Origin: an uncultured beta proteobacterium
Lineage (GTDB): Bacteria; Pseudomonadota; Gammaproteobacteria; Burkholderiales; Casimicrobiaceae
Assembly: GCA_963717695.1 (NCBI GenBank)
Contig: CAVQWR010000001.1
Location: 560,374 to 624,373 of the forward strand
Direction of reading: 5' to 3'
DNA: 64,000 nucleotides
The position numbers and the translations under genes are program-made. How positions within the stretch are numbered: the first letter of the stretch is position 1; each line of letters starts with the position of its first letter. Positions 28,098 to 39,362 of this stretch are shown in pieces. The notes beneath the pieces are model-generated. The model saw nothing but the letters and a program-made list of their open reading frames with translations. It was not told the origin of the DNA and ran no database searches.

Positions 28098-28965
28098 TCA
28101 CGTGCGCCTTCCGTAGAGGCCCGCGGGGAACGCGATCATCAGCGCGACCATCAGGAAATAGATGATGAACGACCCGATCTGCGGCACGTAGTACTTGCCG
28201 GCGACGTCGCAGATGCCGAGGATCATCGCGGCGACGAGGCCGCCCTTGATCGTCCCGGCCCCACCGATCGCGACGACGAGCAGGAAGTACACCATGTACT
28301 TCAGCGGGAACGTCGGGTCGAGGCCCAGCACGTCGATGCCGAGTCCGCCGCCGAGGCCGGCCAGCCCGGATCCGAGCGCGAACGTCACGCCGAACACGCG
28401 GTTCACGTTGATGCCGAGGCCGGCCGACGCGACGGCGTTGTCGACCGAGGCCCGCACCTGCGCGCCAAAGCGCGTGCGCACCAGCAGCAGGTGCAGTGCG
28501 ATGGTCGCGACGATGACCACGCCGATCAGGAACAGCCGGTAGGCGCCGACGTCGAGTCCGAGCACGCGCACCTGCCCGCGCAGCAAATCGGGCAGCCGCA
28601 CCGGCTGCTGCGACGGGCCGAAGAAGTACGACGTCGCTGCGACGGACATGAACACGAGGCCGATCGAGAACATCACCTGGTCGAGGTGGGTCGCCTTGTA
28701 CAGCCGCTGGTAGAGCGTGCGCTCCAGCACGATGCCGGCCAGCGGCGGCGACGATGAACGCGACCGGCAGCGTCGCCAGGAACGGCACGCCTGCGCGCGT
28801 CATCAGCAGCACGCAGGCGTAGCCGCCCAGCATCGCGAACGCGCCGTGCGCGAGGTTGACGAAGTTCATCAGGCCCATCGTCACCGACAGCCCGATGCTG
28901 ATGATGAACAGCAGGCTGCCGTACGCGATGCCGTCGAACAGCACTCCGGCAAGGTTGCCGAGCAA
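28098..28965 (-). pseudogene. livH: ABC transporter permease (LivH type), one frame break
   Basis: TTG start at 28965 after AGGAGG. GVLFDGIAYGSLLFIISIGLSVTMGLMNFVNLAHGAF.. is in one frame and IVLERTLYQRLYKATHLDQ..GAGTIKGGLVAA.. in another. The break is near 28735-28740. Confidence 0.75.
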
Positions 28966-28996
28966 GGTCTCCTCCTCGTCGCGATCGAAGCATGCG

Positions 28997-29157
28997 GCGA
29001 CCGACGGGCCGCCCCTAGGTCGCCGCCTTGCCCCCCTGGGGGAAGCGCGCGGATGCGCGCCTCGGGGGCTCATCAGCGACCGACGGGCCGCCCCTAGGTC
29101 GCCGCCTCGCCCCCTGGGGGGAGGCGCGCGAATGCGCGCTTCGGGGGGGCCTCATCA
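28997..29157. repeat. Tandem pair of ~80-bp GC-rich palindrome-containing intergenic repeats (REP-like)
   Basis: Unit 1 (28997-29075, 79 bp) and unit 2 (29076-29157, 82 bp) are near-identical. Each contains GCGACC..GGTCGC, CCCCC(C)TGGGGG and GCGCGC-ggat/gaat-GCGCGC dyads. Together they fill most of the 189-bp gap between the binding-protein gene and livH. Confidence 0.8.
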
Positions 29158-30339
29158 ACCGGGGTCCTTGACGTTCTCGACCTTGTCGAACTCGATGTTC
29201 CACGGCTTGCCGTTGACCATCTTCACTTCGCGCAGATAGACGTTCTGGATCGGCTGCCGCGTCGCCGGATCGATCGACAGCGGTCCGCGCGGGCTCGTCC
29301 ACTTCATCCCCTTCATCGCCTCGACCAGCTGCTCGCCGGTGGCATTGGGGCCGGCCTTCTTCACCGCCTCGTAGATGAGGTGCATGCCGTCGTAGCCGCC
29401 GACGGAGTGGAAGTTGGGGCGCATGCCGTTGTTGGCCTTCATGAAGGCGTCCACGTAGGCCTTGTTCTCGGGCGAATCGTGCGCGGCCGAGTAATGGAAC
29501 GACGTGATCACGCCGACGGCCGGCGCGCCCATGCTCTCGAGCAGGTCGTCGTCGGTGACGTCGCCCGTGCCGATCAGTCGAATGCCCGCCTGCTTCAGCC
29601 CGCGGTCGTCGAACTGCTTCATCACGGCGAGGCCTTCACCGGACGGCACGAACACGAACAGCGCATCCGGCTTCGCATCCTTCGCGCGCTGCAGGAACGG
29701 CGCATAGTCCGGGTTGCGCAGCGGCGTGCGGATCGATTCCACGATCTCGCCGCCACCTGCCTTGAACACCGCCTGGAAGGTCTTCTCGGCGTCGAGGCCG
29801 GGGCCGTAGTCGGTCACCATCGTGACGACACGCTTGATCTTGTTCTTGAGCGCCCATTCCGCGATCGGGGCGGTCACCTGCGGCAGCGTGAAGTTCGGTC
29901 GCACGATGTACGGCGAGCGCGTCGGGATCATGCCGGTGGCCGCTGCCATCACGATCATCGGCACCTTGGCTTCCGTCGCCACCGGCGCGGCGGCGAGGGC
30001 GAGCGGCGTCAGGCCGAAGCCCGCCAGCACGCTGACCTTGTCCTGCACGACCATCTCCTGCGCGATGCGCTTGGTCGTCTCGGGCGCGGTGCCGGTGTCG
30101 TCCTTCACGATCAGCTCGACCTTGCGTCCCGCCACCGTGTCGCCGTTCTTCGCGATGTAGAGCCGGCAAGCCGCCTCGATCTGCTTGCCGGTCGACGCGA
30201 ACGGGCCGGTCAGCGGGAGGATCAGACCGATCTTCAGCGGGTCAGCGGCCAGCGCGGTGCCGGCCAATGCGACGGTCATGATCGCTCCGGCGACGCCCTG
30301 AAGCATGCGGCGACGGGTGATGCGGTTGCGCAAATTCAT
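29155..30339 (-). CDS. ABC transporter periplasmic substrate-binding protein (LivK/Peripla_BP_6 type)
   Basis: Start MNLRNRITRRRMLQG.. with SD AGGAGG and signal peptide ..ALAGTALAADPLKIGLILPLTGPF. 394 aa. Confidence 0.9.
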   Translation of the reverse strand: MNLRNRITRRRMLQGVAGAIMTVALAGTALAADPLKIGLILPLTGPFASTGKQIEAACRLYIAKNGDTVAGRKVELIVKDDTGTAPETTKRIAQEMVVQDKVSVLAGFGLTPLALAAAPVATEAKVPMIVMAAATGMIPTRSPYIVRPNFTLPQVTAPIAEWALKNKIKRVVTMVTDYGPGLDAEKTFQAVFKAGGGEIVESIRTPLRNPDYAPFLQRAKDAKPDALFVFVPSGEGLAVMKQFDDRGLKQAGIRLIGTGDVTDDDLLESMGAPAVGVITSFHYSAAHDSPENKAYVDAFMKANNGMRPNFHSVGGYDGMHLIYEAVKKAGPNATGEQLVEAMKGMKWTSPRGPLSIDPATRQPIQNVYLREVKMVNGKPWNIEFDKVENVKDPG

Positions 30340-30400
30340 CGAATCCTCCTGTTGCGTTGGTGATTTCATGTGGCGCGACATTGCAGGTTGGAACTGCGGT

Positions 30401-31141
30401 TCATCGAGCGTATTGCAGATCGGATTCGGCCGCGGCGGGCATCCGCAGCCACGCGGCGAGCGCGGTTCCCACATCGCGCGGACGTTCCATCGGCGCCATG
30501 TGGCCGCAGCGATCGATAATCGCAAGGCGGGCACGGGGGATCAGTGCCGCCATTTCCCCGTGCTGGGCGGGCGTGGACCAGCCGTCCTCGCGTCCGCACA
30601 GCACCAGCGCTGGACACGTGATGGCCGGCAGCAACGCGGTGGCGTCGGGACGGTTCAAGAGTGCCTCGATCTGTCCCGCGAATTGGTCGGCGCTGTGGCG
30701 CTCGAACATGTCGAGAATTGCCTCGATGAGAGCGCTGTCGGCCAGTCGCTCCGGATGGACCATGGGCTGCACCCACGTCCTTGCCATCACGCGCACGCCG
30801 CGCTCGCGAGCAATGGCGAGCAGTGCGAGTCGCTTGGCCTTCTCGTCGTCTCCGGCGGAACCGGCCGGCCGCGCGCGAATCCCGGTATCGAGGAGCGCAA
30901 GCCGCTCGACCCGCTCCGGCGCGCGGCGCACGATTTCGAGCGCCACACGCCCGCCCATCGAGTGCCCGGCGAGCGCGAACGTGGCCGGTGCATCGTCCAG
31001 CACGCGCTCCGCCATCGCGACGAGATCGCGCGCATCCGAATAATCCGGGACGCGGCAGTCCGCATCGGGTTCGACATAGGGCATCACCGGCGCCCAGGCA
31101 GCGGCGTCGCACATGAGGCCGGGAAGCAGCAGCAGTTTCAC
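30401..31141 (-). CDS. Alpha/beta-fold hydrolase
   Basis: Nucleophile elbow GHSMGG; C-terminal ..RCGHM.. histidine context. A GTG start 5 nt after the ligJ stop is proposed; the ORF-track ATG at 31204 lies inside ligJ. Confidence 0.8.
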   Translation of the reverse strand: MKLLLLPGLMCDAAAWAPVMPYVEPDADCRVPDYSDARDLVAMAERVLDDAPATFALAGHSMGGRVALEIVRRAPERVERLALLDTGIRARPAGSAGDDEKAKRLALLAIARERGVRVMARTWVQPMVHPERLADSALIEAILDMFERHSADQFAGQIEALLNRPDATALLPAITCPALVLCGREDGWSTPAQHGEMAALIPRARLAIIDRCGHMAPMERPRDVGTALAAWLRMPAAAESDLQYAR

Positions 31142-31145
31142 CGTG

Positions 31146-32192
31146 TCAAATCCGCCGTGCCGATGCGTTGACTTCGCGCGCCGTTCGCGAGCCGAGCCGG
31201 CCAAAGACGCGCCGGGCGTTCCCTTCGAAGATCTTGTGCCGGTCTTCCGCCGACAGCGCGTCCATCTGGTCGACGTAGCGGCGCGTGTCGTCGTAGTGGT
31301 GGCCCGTCTCCGGATCGATGCCGCGCACCGCGCCGACCATCTCCGACGCGAACAGGATGTTGTCGACGGGTATTACCTTGGTCAGGAGCTCGATCCCCGG
31401 CCGGTGGTACACGCAGGTGTCGAAGTACACATTGCCGAGGAGGTGCTCCTTCAGGGGCGGCCGTTTCATGTCCTGCGCGAGGCCGCGGTAGCGCCCCCAG
31501 TGATAGGGCACCGCCCCGCCGCCGTGCGGAATGATGAACTTCAGCGTGGGAAAGTCCTTGAAAAGGTCCGAAGTGAGGAATTGCATGAATGCCGTCGTGT
31601 CGGCATTGATGTAGTGCGCGCCGGTCGCGTGGAAGCACGGGTTGCACGACGTGCTGACGTGGACCATCGCGGGCACGTCGAGCTCGACCATCTTCTCGTA
31701 GAGCGGGTACCACCAGCGGTCGGTCAGCGGCGGCTCCTTCCAGTGCCCGCCCGAGGGATCGGGATTGAGGTTGCAGCCGATGAAGCCCAGTTCGTTCACG
31801 CAGCGCTCGAGCTCGGGGATGCAGCGCTCGGGCGCGACGCCGGGCGACTGCGGCAGCTGGCAGACGCCGACGAAGTTGTCGGGATAGAGGCCGCAGACGC
31901 GCGCGACGAGGTCGTTGCAGATCTCCGACCACGCGCGGCTCGTCGCCTCGGTGCCGATGTGATGCGCCATGAAGCTCGCGCGCGGCGAGAAGATCGTGAG
32001 ATCGGTGCCGCGCTCGCGCTGCATCTTCAGCTGAGCGCCTTCGAGGCTCGCCCGGATCTGGTCGTCGGTAATCCTCAGCGCGGAGCGCGCCGGCGCCTTG
32101 GCGGGATCGTCAAGCGCGGCGATCTGCAGCTTGCGCCACGCCTCGAGCTCGGCCGGCGCGGTCGTGTAGTGCCCGTGGCAGTCGATGATCAT
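31146..32192 (-). CDS. ligJ: 4-oxalomesaconate hydratase (amidohydrolase-2 family)
   Basis: MIIDCHGHYTT.., DRWWYPLYEKMVELDVPAMVH, HGGGAVPY and IFEGNARRVF closely parallel LigJ of the protocatechuate 4,5-cleavage pathway. An alternative TTG start is at 32216. Confidence 0.85.
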   Translation of the reverse strand: MIIDCHGHYTTAPAELEAWRKLQIAALDDPAKAPARSALRITDDQIRASLEGAQLKMQRERGTDLTIFSPRASFMAHHIGTEATSRAWSEICNDLVARVCGLYPDNFVGVCQLPQSPGVAPERCIPELERCVNELGFIGCNLNPDPSGGHWKEPPLTDRWWYPLYEKMVELDVPAMVHVSTSCNPCFHATGAHYINADTTAFMQFLTSDLFKDFPTLKFIIPHGGGAVPYHWGRYRGLAQDMKRPPLKEHLLGNVYFDTCVYHRPGIELLTKVIPVDNILFASEMVGAVRGIDPETGHHYDDTRRYVDQMDALSAEDRHKIFEGNARRVFGRLGSRTAREVNASARRI

Positions 32193-32226
32193 TGGAACTC
32201 TGTTGTCCTGGTCCAAGTGATGTCGG

Positions 32227-33096
32227 TCACGCCGCCCGCGCCTGCGGGCGGGCCTTCAGTTCGTTCTGCAGCACCATCAACCCGGTCGCGGTGTTCGAGA
32301 TCGGAACGTGGTAGTTGGAGTGAACGCGCGTCACGCGGCCGGTCAGCGCGCCGCGCGCGGCGAGCCACGCCATCAGTTCCGTTCCCTGCGCGCCGGCCTC
32401 GCGAACGATGTCGAGCGACGAGTAGCGGGTGAGCTTCTCGGGGTCGTCGACGATGGCATCCATGCACATCAGGTCGAACGGCTTGTTGATGAAGCCCGCC
32501 CGCTTGCCGTCGAGCTGGTGCGAAAGGCCGCCGGTGCCCAGCACGACGACACGCACGTCCTCGTTCCAGGTTTCGAGCGCGCGTCCGACGGCCTGCCCGA
32601 GGTGGTAGCAGCGCCGCGGCGACGGCAGCGGATGCTGGACGTGATTCATCGCGATCGGGACGATGCGCACCGGCCAATCGCCTCCGCCCGGCCACAGCAA
32701 CGCCATGGGGAGCGTCAGCGCATGGTCGACCAGCATTTCCTGGCAGGACGTAATGTCGAACTCGTCGGCGACCAGCGACTCGATGAGGTGCCAGGACAGC
32801 GGAGCGTCGCCCTGGAACTCCTTGACGGTGGGAATGCCCCAGCCCTCGTCCGCATTGCGATACTCGGGCGCCGCGCCGACGGCGAACGTCGGCAGCTTGT
32901 CGAGGAAGAAGTTGAGCCCATGGTCGTTGTAGAAGACCACTGCGACGTCGGGCTTCGCTTTCGCAAGCCAGGCGTGCACGGGCGGGAAGCCATCGAAGAA
33001 CGGCTTCCAGTACGGCTCTTCCTGCTGATTCCGCGCGATCGCGCGCCCGATGGCGGGAACGTGCGAGCAGGTGACGGAGCCTACGATCGTTGCCAT
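32227..33096 (-). CDS. Class III extradiol dioxygenase beta subunit, LigB-like (divergent second copy)
   Basis: 289 aa, colinear with the LigB copy at 34461-35327 (..SHVPAIG.., ..VVFYNDHG.., ..GTGGLSHQL..). Confidence 0.8.
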   Translation of the reverse strand: MATIVGSVTCSHVPAIGRAIARNQQEEPYWKPFFDGFPPVHAWLAKAKPDVAVVFYNDHGLNFFLDKLPTFAVGAAPEYRNADEGWGIPTVKEFQGDAPLSWHLIESLVADEFDITSCQEMLVDHALTLPMALLWPGGGDWPVRIVPIAMNHVQHPLPSPRRCYHLGQAVGRALETWNEDVRVVVLGTGGLSHQLDGKRAGFINKPFDLMCMDAIVDDPEKLTRYSSLDIVREAGAQGTELMAWLAARGALTGRVTRVHSNYHVPISNTATGLMVLQNELKARPQARAA

Positions 33097-33109
33097 GTTT
33101 CGGTCCTCC

Positions 33110-33460
33110 TCATTTTCCTGCCGCGGCCAGCATCGCCTTGAAGTCGTGCTTGCTCATCCCGGTCTGCTGTGCGCCGATGTCCTGAACGTCGAGGCCGAGG
33201 ATCCCCGCGAACTTCGCGAGATAGTAGATGTTGCCCCCGGCCGCGATGAGCTCCAGCACGTTGCGGTTCGCGATCGCGCGCCGGTGCGCGTCGCTCAATC
33301 CGAACTTGCGGCAATAGGCATCCTCGTCGCGCCGGAAATCGTCGCGGTTCGCGGCCGAGTTGAACGAGTAGCACATCCGGTTGAGCGCGTATCCCTTCTG
33401 CGCCAATACACCATCGAACAGGGTCGTCCCCGGAATTTCCTGCGATTGCGTTGCACACAT
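33110..33460 (-). CDS. Extradiol dioxygenase alpha subunit, LigA-like (divergent second copy)
   Basis: 116 aa. IPGTTLFDG..KGYALNRMC.. and GGNIYYLAKF match the LigA fold signature but diverge more than the copy at 35337-35732. Confidence 0.75.
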   Translation of the reverse strand: MCATQSQEIPGTTLFDGVLAQKGYALNRMCYSFNSAANRDDFRRDEDAYCRKFGLSDAHRRAIANRNVLELIAAGGNIYYLAKFAGILGLDVQDIGAQQTGMSKHDFKAMLAAAGK

Positions 33461-33513
33461 CCCTCAACCCTCCGTTTGCCATCCGTCGGCGGCACAGCGC
33501 GTCGCCGCGGCCG

Positions 33514-35336
<1,823 letters not shown>

Positions 35337-35732
35337 CTAGCGCGCCGGATCGGAGCGGCTGCGATTGCCTGTCGCCGGGCGTCCGCCCCCGATCATCATC
35401 GCGCGGTACTCGTCCTCGCTGACGCCCGTCATCTTCGACGCGAGGTTCTGGAACGAGCAGCCGTCCGTGGCACCGATCTTCGCCAGAAAATAGATGTTGC
35501 CGCCGAGCTCGATCATCCGGTTGTAGTCGCGTGCCAGCACGGCTTCGCGCTGCGCCTCGGTCATCGGGAACTTCTGCAGGAACGCCCGCTCGTCCGCCTT
35601 GAACGCGGCCCGGTTGTCCGCCTTCATCAGCGCCATGCAGAACATGTTGAGATGGTAGCCGAGACGCGACTGGGTCGCGTCGAACACCGTCGTGCCGGGG
35701 ATGTCCTTGAACGCATTCGTGTAATTCTTCAC
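35337..35732 (-). CDS. ligA: Protocatechuate 4,5-dioxygenase alpha subunit
   Basis: The GTG start overlaps the ligI stop (GTGA). FKDIPGTTVFDATQSRLGYHLNMFCMALMKADNRAAFKADE..AVLARDYNRMIELGGNIYFLAK is very close to canonical LigA. Confidence 0.85.
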   Translation of the reverse strand: MKNYTNAFKDIPGTTVFDATQSRLGYHLNMFCMALMKADNRAAFKADERAFLQKFPMTEAQREAVLARDYNRMIELGGNIYFLAKIGATDGCSFQNLASKMTGVSEDEYRAMMIGGGRPATGNRSRSDPAR

Positions 35733-36610
35733 CGGGCCTCGCTCCAGTACAGCCGCATCGGGTTGTCCACCAGAAGTTTGCGCTGCAGTTCCGGCGTGGT
35801 CGCAATGCGAGGCACGAAGTCGACGAGCTTGCCGTCGTCGGGCATGTGGGACTTCATGTTCGGATGCGGCCAGTCGGTGCCCCACAGCACGCGATCGGGA
35901 AACGTCTCGACCATCCGCCGCGCGAACGGCACGACGTCGTCGTAGGAAGGCGGACCGGATTTCGACAGCCGCTCCGGGCAGCTCACCTTGGTCCAGATGT
36001 TCGCATGCTCGGCGAGGAGACGAATGAAGCGCTCGAACTCCGGACCGTCGACCGGCTTGCCGACGTCGGGTCGGCCCATGTGATCGACGACGACCGTCGT
36101 CGGCAGCGTCGTGAAGAACTCCCAGAGATCGGGAAGGTCCTGCGCCTCGAAATAGACGACGACGTGCCAGCCGAGCGGCGCGATCCGCTGCGCGATCTCC
36201 GCGAGCACCTCGCGCGGCGTGAAATCGACCAGCCGCCGCACGAAATTGAAGCGCGTGCCGCGCACGCCCGCGGCGTGCAGCGCCTGGAGCTCGCCGTCGG
36301 TGACGTCACGGCCGATCGACGCGACACCGCGCGCGCGACCGCTGGAATGGACGAGGGCATCCACCAGCGCGCGGTTGTCGTTGCCGTGACAGGTCGCCTG
36401 CACGATGACGTTGCGCTCGAAGCCGAGGAAGTCGCGCAGCGCGAAGAGCTTCTCCTTCGGCGCATCGCAAGGCGTGTACTTTCGCTCCGCCGCGTACGGA
36501 AAGACGCCGCCCGGCCCGAACACGTGGCAGTGCGCGTCGACCGCGCCGCGCGGCGCGACGAACGAAGGCTTCGACGGGTCCGGATGGAACGGCAGGTAAT
36601 CGGCGTCCAT
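35729..36610 (-). CDS. ligI: 2-pyrone-4,6-dicarboxylate hydrolase
   Basis: GAVDAHCHVFGP, FALRDFLGFERNVIVQATCHGNDN, VVDHMGRPDV, WGTDWPHPNM and PELQRKLLVDNPMRLYWSE closely parallel LigI. Confidence 0.9.
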   Translation of the reverse strand: MDADYLPFHPDPSKPSFVAPRGAVDAHCHVFGPGGVFPYAAERKYTPCDAPKEKLFALRDFLGFERNVIVQATCHGNDNRALVDALVHSSGRARGVASIGRDVTDGELQALHAAGVRGTRFNFVRRLVDFTPREVLAEIAQRIAPLGWHVVVYFEAQDLPDLWEFFTTLPTTVVVDHMGRPDVGKPVDGPEFERFIRLLAEHANIWTKVSCPERLSKSGPPSYDDVVPFARRMVETFPDRVLWGTDWPHPNMKSHMPDDGKLVDFVPRIATTPELQRKLLVDNPMRLYWSEAR

Positions 36611-36691
36611 GCGAAAGGCAATCGTCAGGTCGGACCGTCGTCGAGGGGCCGTTCATTTGCGCGCTTCCGGATCGGAAATTGGCATTCGACG

Positions 36692-37387
36692 CTAGTTGTC
36701 GATGTATTTGAGGCCGGCCTTCGCGAGCGCGTCGCGCATGCCGTAGATGTCGACGCCGAGCTCGCCGGCAGCAAGCCGCTTGCGGTTCGCCTCCTCCTTT
36801 TGCTCGCGCGCCTCCGCGGCGGCAGCGACTTCGCTGGCACGCTCGCGCGCCACCACCACGACTCCATCGTCGTCGGCGACTATGGCATCGCCCGGATGCA
36901 CCAGCATGCCCGCGCAGACCACCGGCACGTTGACCGAGCCGACGGTCGCCTTGACGGTGCCCCTCGCGTGCACGGCCTTCGACCAGACCGGAAACTTCAT
37001 CTCGGTCAGCGTGCGCACGTCGCGCACGCCGGCGTCGATCACCAGCCCGCGCGCGCCGCGCGCACGATACGACGTCGCGAGCAGGTCGCCGAACATCCCG
37101 TCGTCGTTGTCGGTCGTCAGCGCGACGACGACGACATCTCCCGGCCGGATCATCTCCGCGACGACGTGGAGCATCCAGTTGTCGCCTGGCTGGGCGAGCA
37201 CGGTGACGGCCGTTCCGCAGGTCGCCGCGCCCGCATACACGGGCCGCATGTACGGCTTCAGCAAGCCGATGCGTCCCTGCGCCTCGTGCACGGTGGCGAC
37301 ACCGGCGCGGCCGAGACGCAGGACGGCGGCCGCATCCGCGCGCTCGATGTTGCGTACCGCGATGCCCGTCCTGCCGAATTCGCTCAT
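36692..37387 (-). CDS. ligK: 4-carboxy-4-hydroxy-2-oxoadipate aldolase / oxaloacetate decarboxylase (RraA-like fold)
   Basis: [43 protein letters not shown] and [15 protein letters not shown] match LigK/GalC. Confidence 0.9.
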   Translation of the reverse strand: MSEFGRTGIAVRNIERADAAAVLRLGRAGVATVHEAQGRIGLLKPYMRPVYAGAATCGTAVTVLAQPGDNWMLHVVAEMIRPGDVVVVALTTDNDDGMFGDLLATSYRARGARGLVIDAGVRDVRTLTEMKFPVWSKAVHARGTVKATVGSVNVPVVCAGMLVHPGDAIVADDDGVVVVARERASEVAAAAEAREQKEEANRKRLAAGELGVDIYGMRDALAKAGLKYIDN

Positions 37388-37559
37388 GGTCCCCTTCCTT
37401 GCGACGCTCTCTGCGAAGGCGTGCAGTCACTCGAGCAGCCAGTGTGCCGCGCCAGCGCCATGAATGAAAGCGCTATCGGAGCACTACCAGATATGCCGGA
37501 TAGGCATGGATTTTCGAAGGTCCCCCAGTCGCACTGCGCCATGTCGTGCGGGTTGACGC

Positions 37560-38243
37560 TCACGCGGGCTCCATGCCGTGGCGACGTTTGGCCGCGGCCG
37601 CCGCGGGCGAGGCCATGAAGGCAAGCACCTCGCGCACGGCGTCGCGCTGCGTCGAGGTCGCCGCCACGCCCGCCGAAAATGTCGTCATGATCTGGATGTC
37701 CGGCGGAAGAGGTCCCAGCACATCGATGCCGTCGACATGCACGAGCTCGGAGAGCTGCTGGAATCCCAGCTCGACCTTGCCCTCGGCCACCAGCCTTCCG
37801 ACCGGCACGCCCGGCGGCGCCTGCACGACGCGCGACTTCATCGCCTCGGCAATGCCCCAGCGCTCGAACAGCCGGACGAGGTGCGCACCGCTCGGTCCGG
37901 TCGAATAACTGACGCTGCCCGCGGACTCCACCGCGCGCCGGACCGCAGCTTCCGAGCCGACGTCGGGACGTGCGGCGCCCGCACGGACCGCGATCGACAC
38001 GCCGGATCGCGCCAGGTCCACGCGGCTGCCGGCGACGATCCTGCCCTCGCCTTCCAGCTGATCGATCACGTCGGCCGCGAGCACCACCGCGTCGAAGGCT
38101 TCACCCGCGCGCACACGCTTCGCCGCGTCGACGCCGCCGATCGACTCCAGGACGACGCCGCGGGGCGCATCGAGCGCTGCGATGAGCTCGGTCAGCACCT
38201 GCCGGGTGGCCATCGACGAAATGATGCGCATTGGGGAAGTCAT
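37560..38243 (-). CDS. Periplasmic-binding-protein-fold (ModA-like) substrate-binding-domain protein without an obvious signal peptide
   Basis: [54 protein letters not shown].. 227 aa. It is the first gene on the lig-operon strand, divergent from the LysR gene. Confidence 0.6.
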   Translation of the reverse strand: MTSPMRIISSMATRQVLTELIAALDAPRGVVLESIGGVDAAKRVRAGEAFDAVVLAADVIDQLEGEGRIVAGSRVDLARSGVSIAVRAGAARPDVGSEAAVRRAVESAGSVSYSTGPSGAHLVRLFERWGIAEAMKSRVVQAPPGVPVGRLVAEGKVELGFQQLSELVHVDGIDVLGPLPPDIQIMTTFSAGVAATSTQRDAVREVLAFMASPAAAAAKRRHGMEPA

Positions 38244-38315
38244 GGGAAATCGGTCAACCGGAAACACCTTGCCGCGCCAAGTCTGCCCCAGATGCCACCT
38301 GATCGAAACCGCTAT

Positions 38316-38328
38316 TGCTACACTAGCA
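38316..38328. promoter_or_regulatory. Candidate LysR-type T-N11-A operator in the divergent intergenic region
   Basis: TGCTAcacTAGCA is a perfect 5-3-5 dyad that fits T-N11-A. It lies 87 nt upstream of the LysR ATG and 73 nt upstream of the divergent gene. Confidence 0.4.
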
Positions 38329-38414
38329 GCTATGCCGATGCAGCATGGGCCGGGCGCGATGCGGCGCCTTCGATATCGCAGTCGAGCCCCGTTTCGTCGC
38401 ACCCGAGCCCGATC

Positions 38415-39314
38415 ATGGACCTCAAGCAGCTCGAATACTTCGTCACCGTCGTCGACCTCGGCGGCTTCAGCCGCGCGGCGCGTCTTCTCGGCGTCGCGCA
38501 GCCCGCGATCAGCCGTCAGGTGCGCAGTCTCGAAGTGGAGCTCCGGCAGAACCTGCTGCTGCGAAACGGCCGCGGCGCGGTGCCGACGGAAGCGGGCAAG
38601 CGGCTCCTCGAGCACGCCCGCAGCATCCTGCAGCAGGTCGAGCGCGCGCGCCGCGAGATCGACGCGGTCCAGGGTGCGCCGGTCGGTCACGTCGTGATCG
38701 GACTTCCGCCGACGCTCGCCCGCGTGCTGACCACACCCATCGTCCGCGAGTTCCGGCAGCGATTTCCGCGGGCCTCGATCTCCATCGTCGAGGGGCTGTC
38801 CGCGAACATCCACGAGTGGGTCGTCGTCGGTCGTGCCGACATCGGGCTCCTCTACAACGCGGCGCCTTCGCCTGCGATGGAACTGACGCCGCTGCTCGAG
38901 GAAGACCTCTGCCTCATCGGGCTGCAGTCGAAGCGACGCGAGGCGCGTACCGTGCCGCTGCGGGAATTGCCGCGCTACCCGCTCATCATCCCGAGCCGCC
39001 CGCACGCGATCCGCGCGCTGGTCGAATCACGGCTCGCGAGCTACGGCCTGCGGCCGCAGGTGGCCCTCGAAATCGACGCGATCGGCGCGATCATCGAACT
39101 GGTCGCAGAAGGACAAGGATATGCGGTGCTGTCCCCGCGCGCGGTGACCTCGATCGACGCGTCGCGCCGGCTCGTTGCACGAAAGATCGTCCAGCCGGCG
39201 CTGAAGAGCTCGCTGTCGATCGCGGTTGCGGCGCAGCGGCCGACCACCCCTTTGCAGACCGCCTCGGTCGCCCTCATCACCGCGCTCGTTCCGACGGCGC
39301 TCGGGCCTTCCTGA
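38415..39314 (+). CDS. LysR-family transcriptional regulator
   Basis: [40 protein letters not shown] is a winged-HTH. 299 aa, divergent from the catabolic operon. Confidence 0.9.
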   Translation: MDLKQLEYFVTVVDLGGFSRAARLLGVAQPAISRQVRSLEVELRQNLLLRNGRGAVPTEAGKRLLEHARSILQQVERARREIDAVQGAPVGHVVIGLPPTLARVLTTPIVREFRQRFPRASISIVEGLSANIHEWVVVGRADIGLLYNAAPSPAMELTPLLEEDLCLIGLQSKRREARTVPLRELPRYPLIIPSRPHAIRALVESRLASYGLRPQVALEIDAIGAIIELVAEGQGYAVLSPRAVTSIDASRRLVARKIVQPALKSSLSIAVAAQRPTTPLQTASVALITALVPTALGPS

Positions 39315-39362
39315 TCTTCCCGCGCTCGCCGGCGCGATTCCCCGGAACCGTGGCCGCCGTGC

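Noticed and set aside
28997-29157. Whether the tandem repeats could be a minimal CRISPR array
   Set aside because: There are only two directly abutting ~80-bp units with no spacers, no leader and no cas genes. The internal dyads and the intergenic position fit a REP-like element instead.
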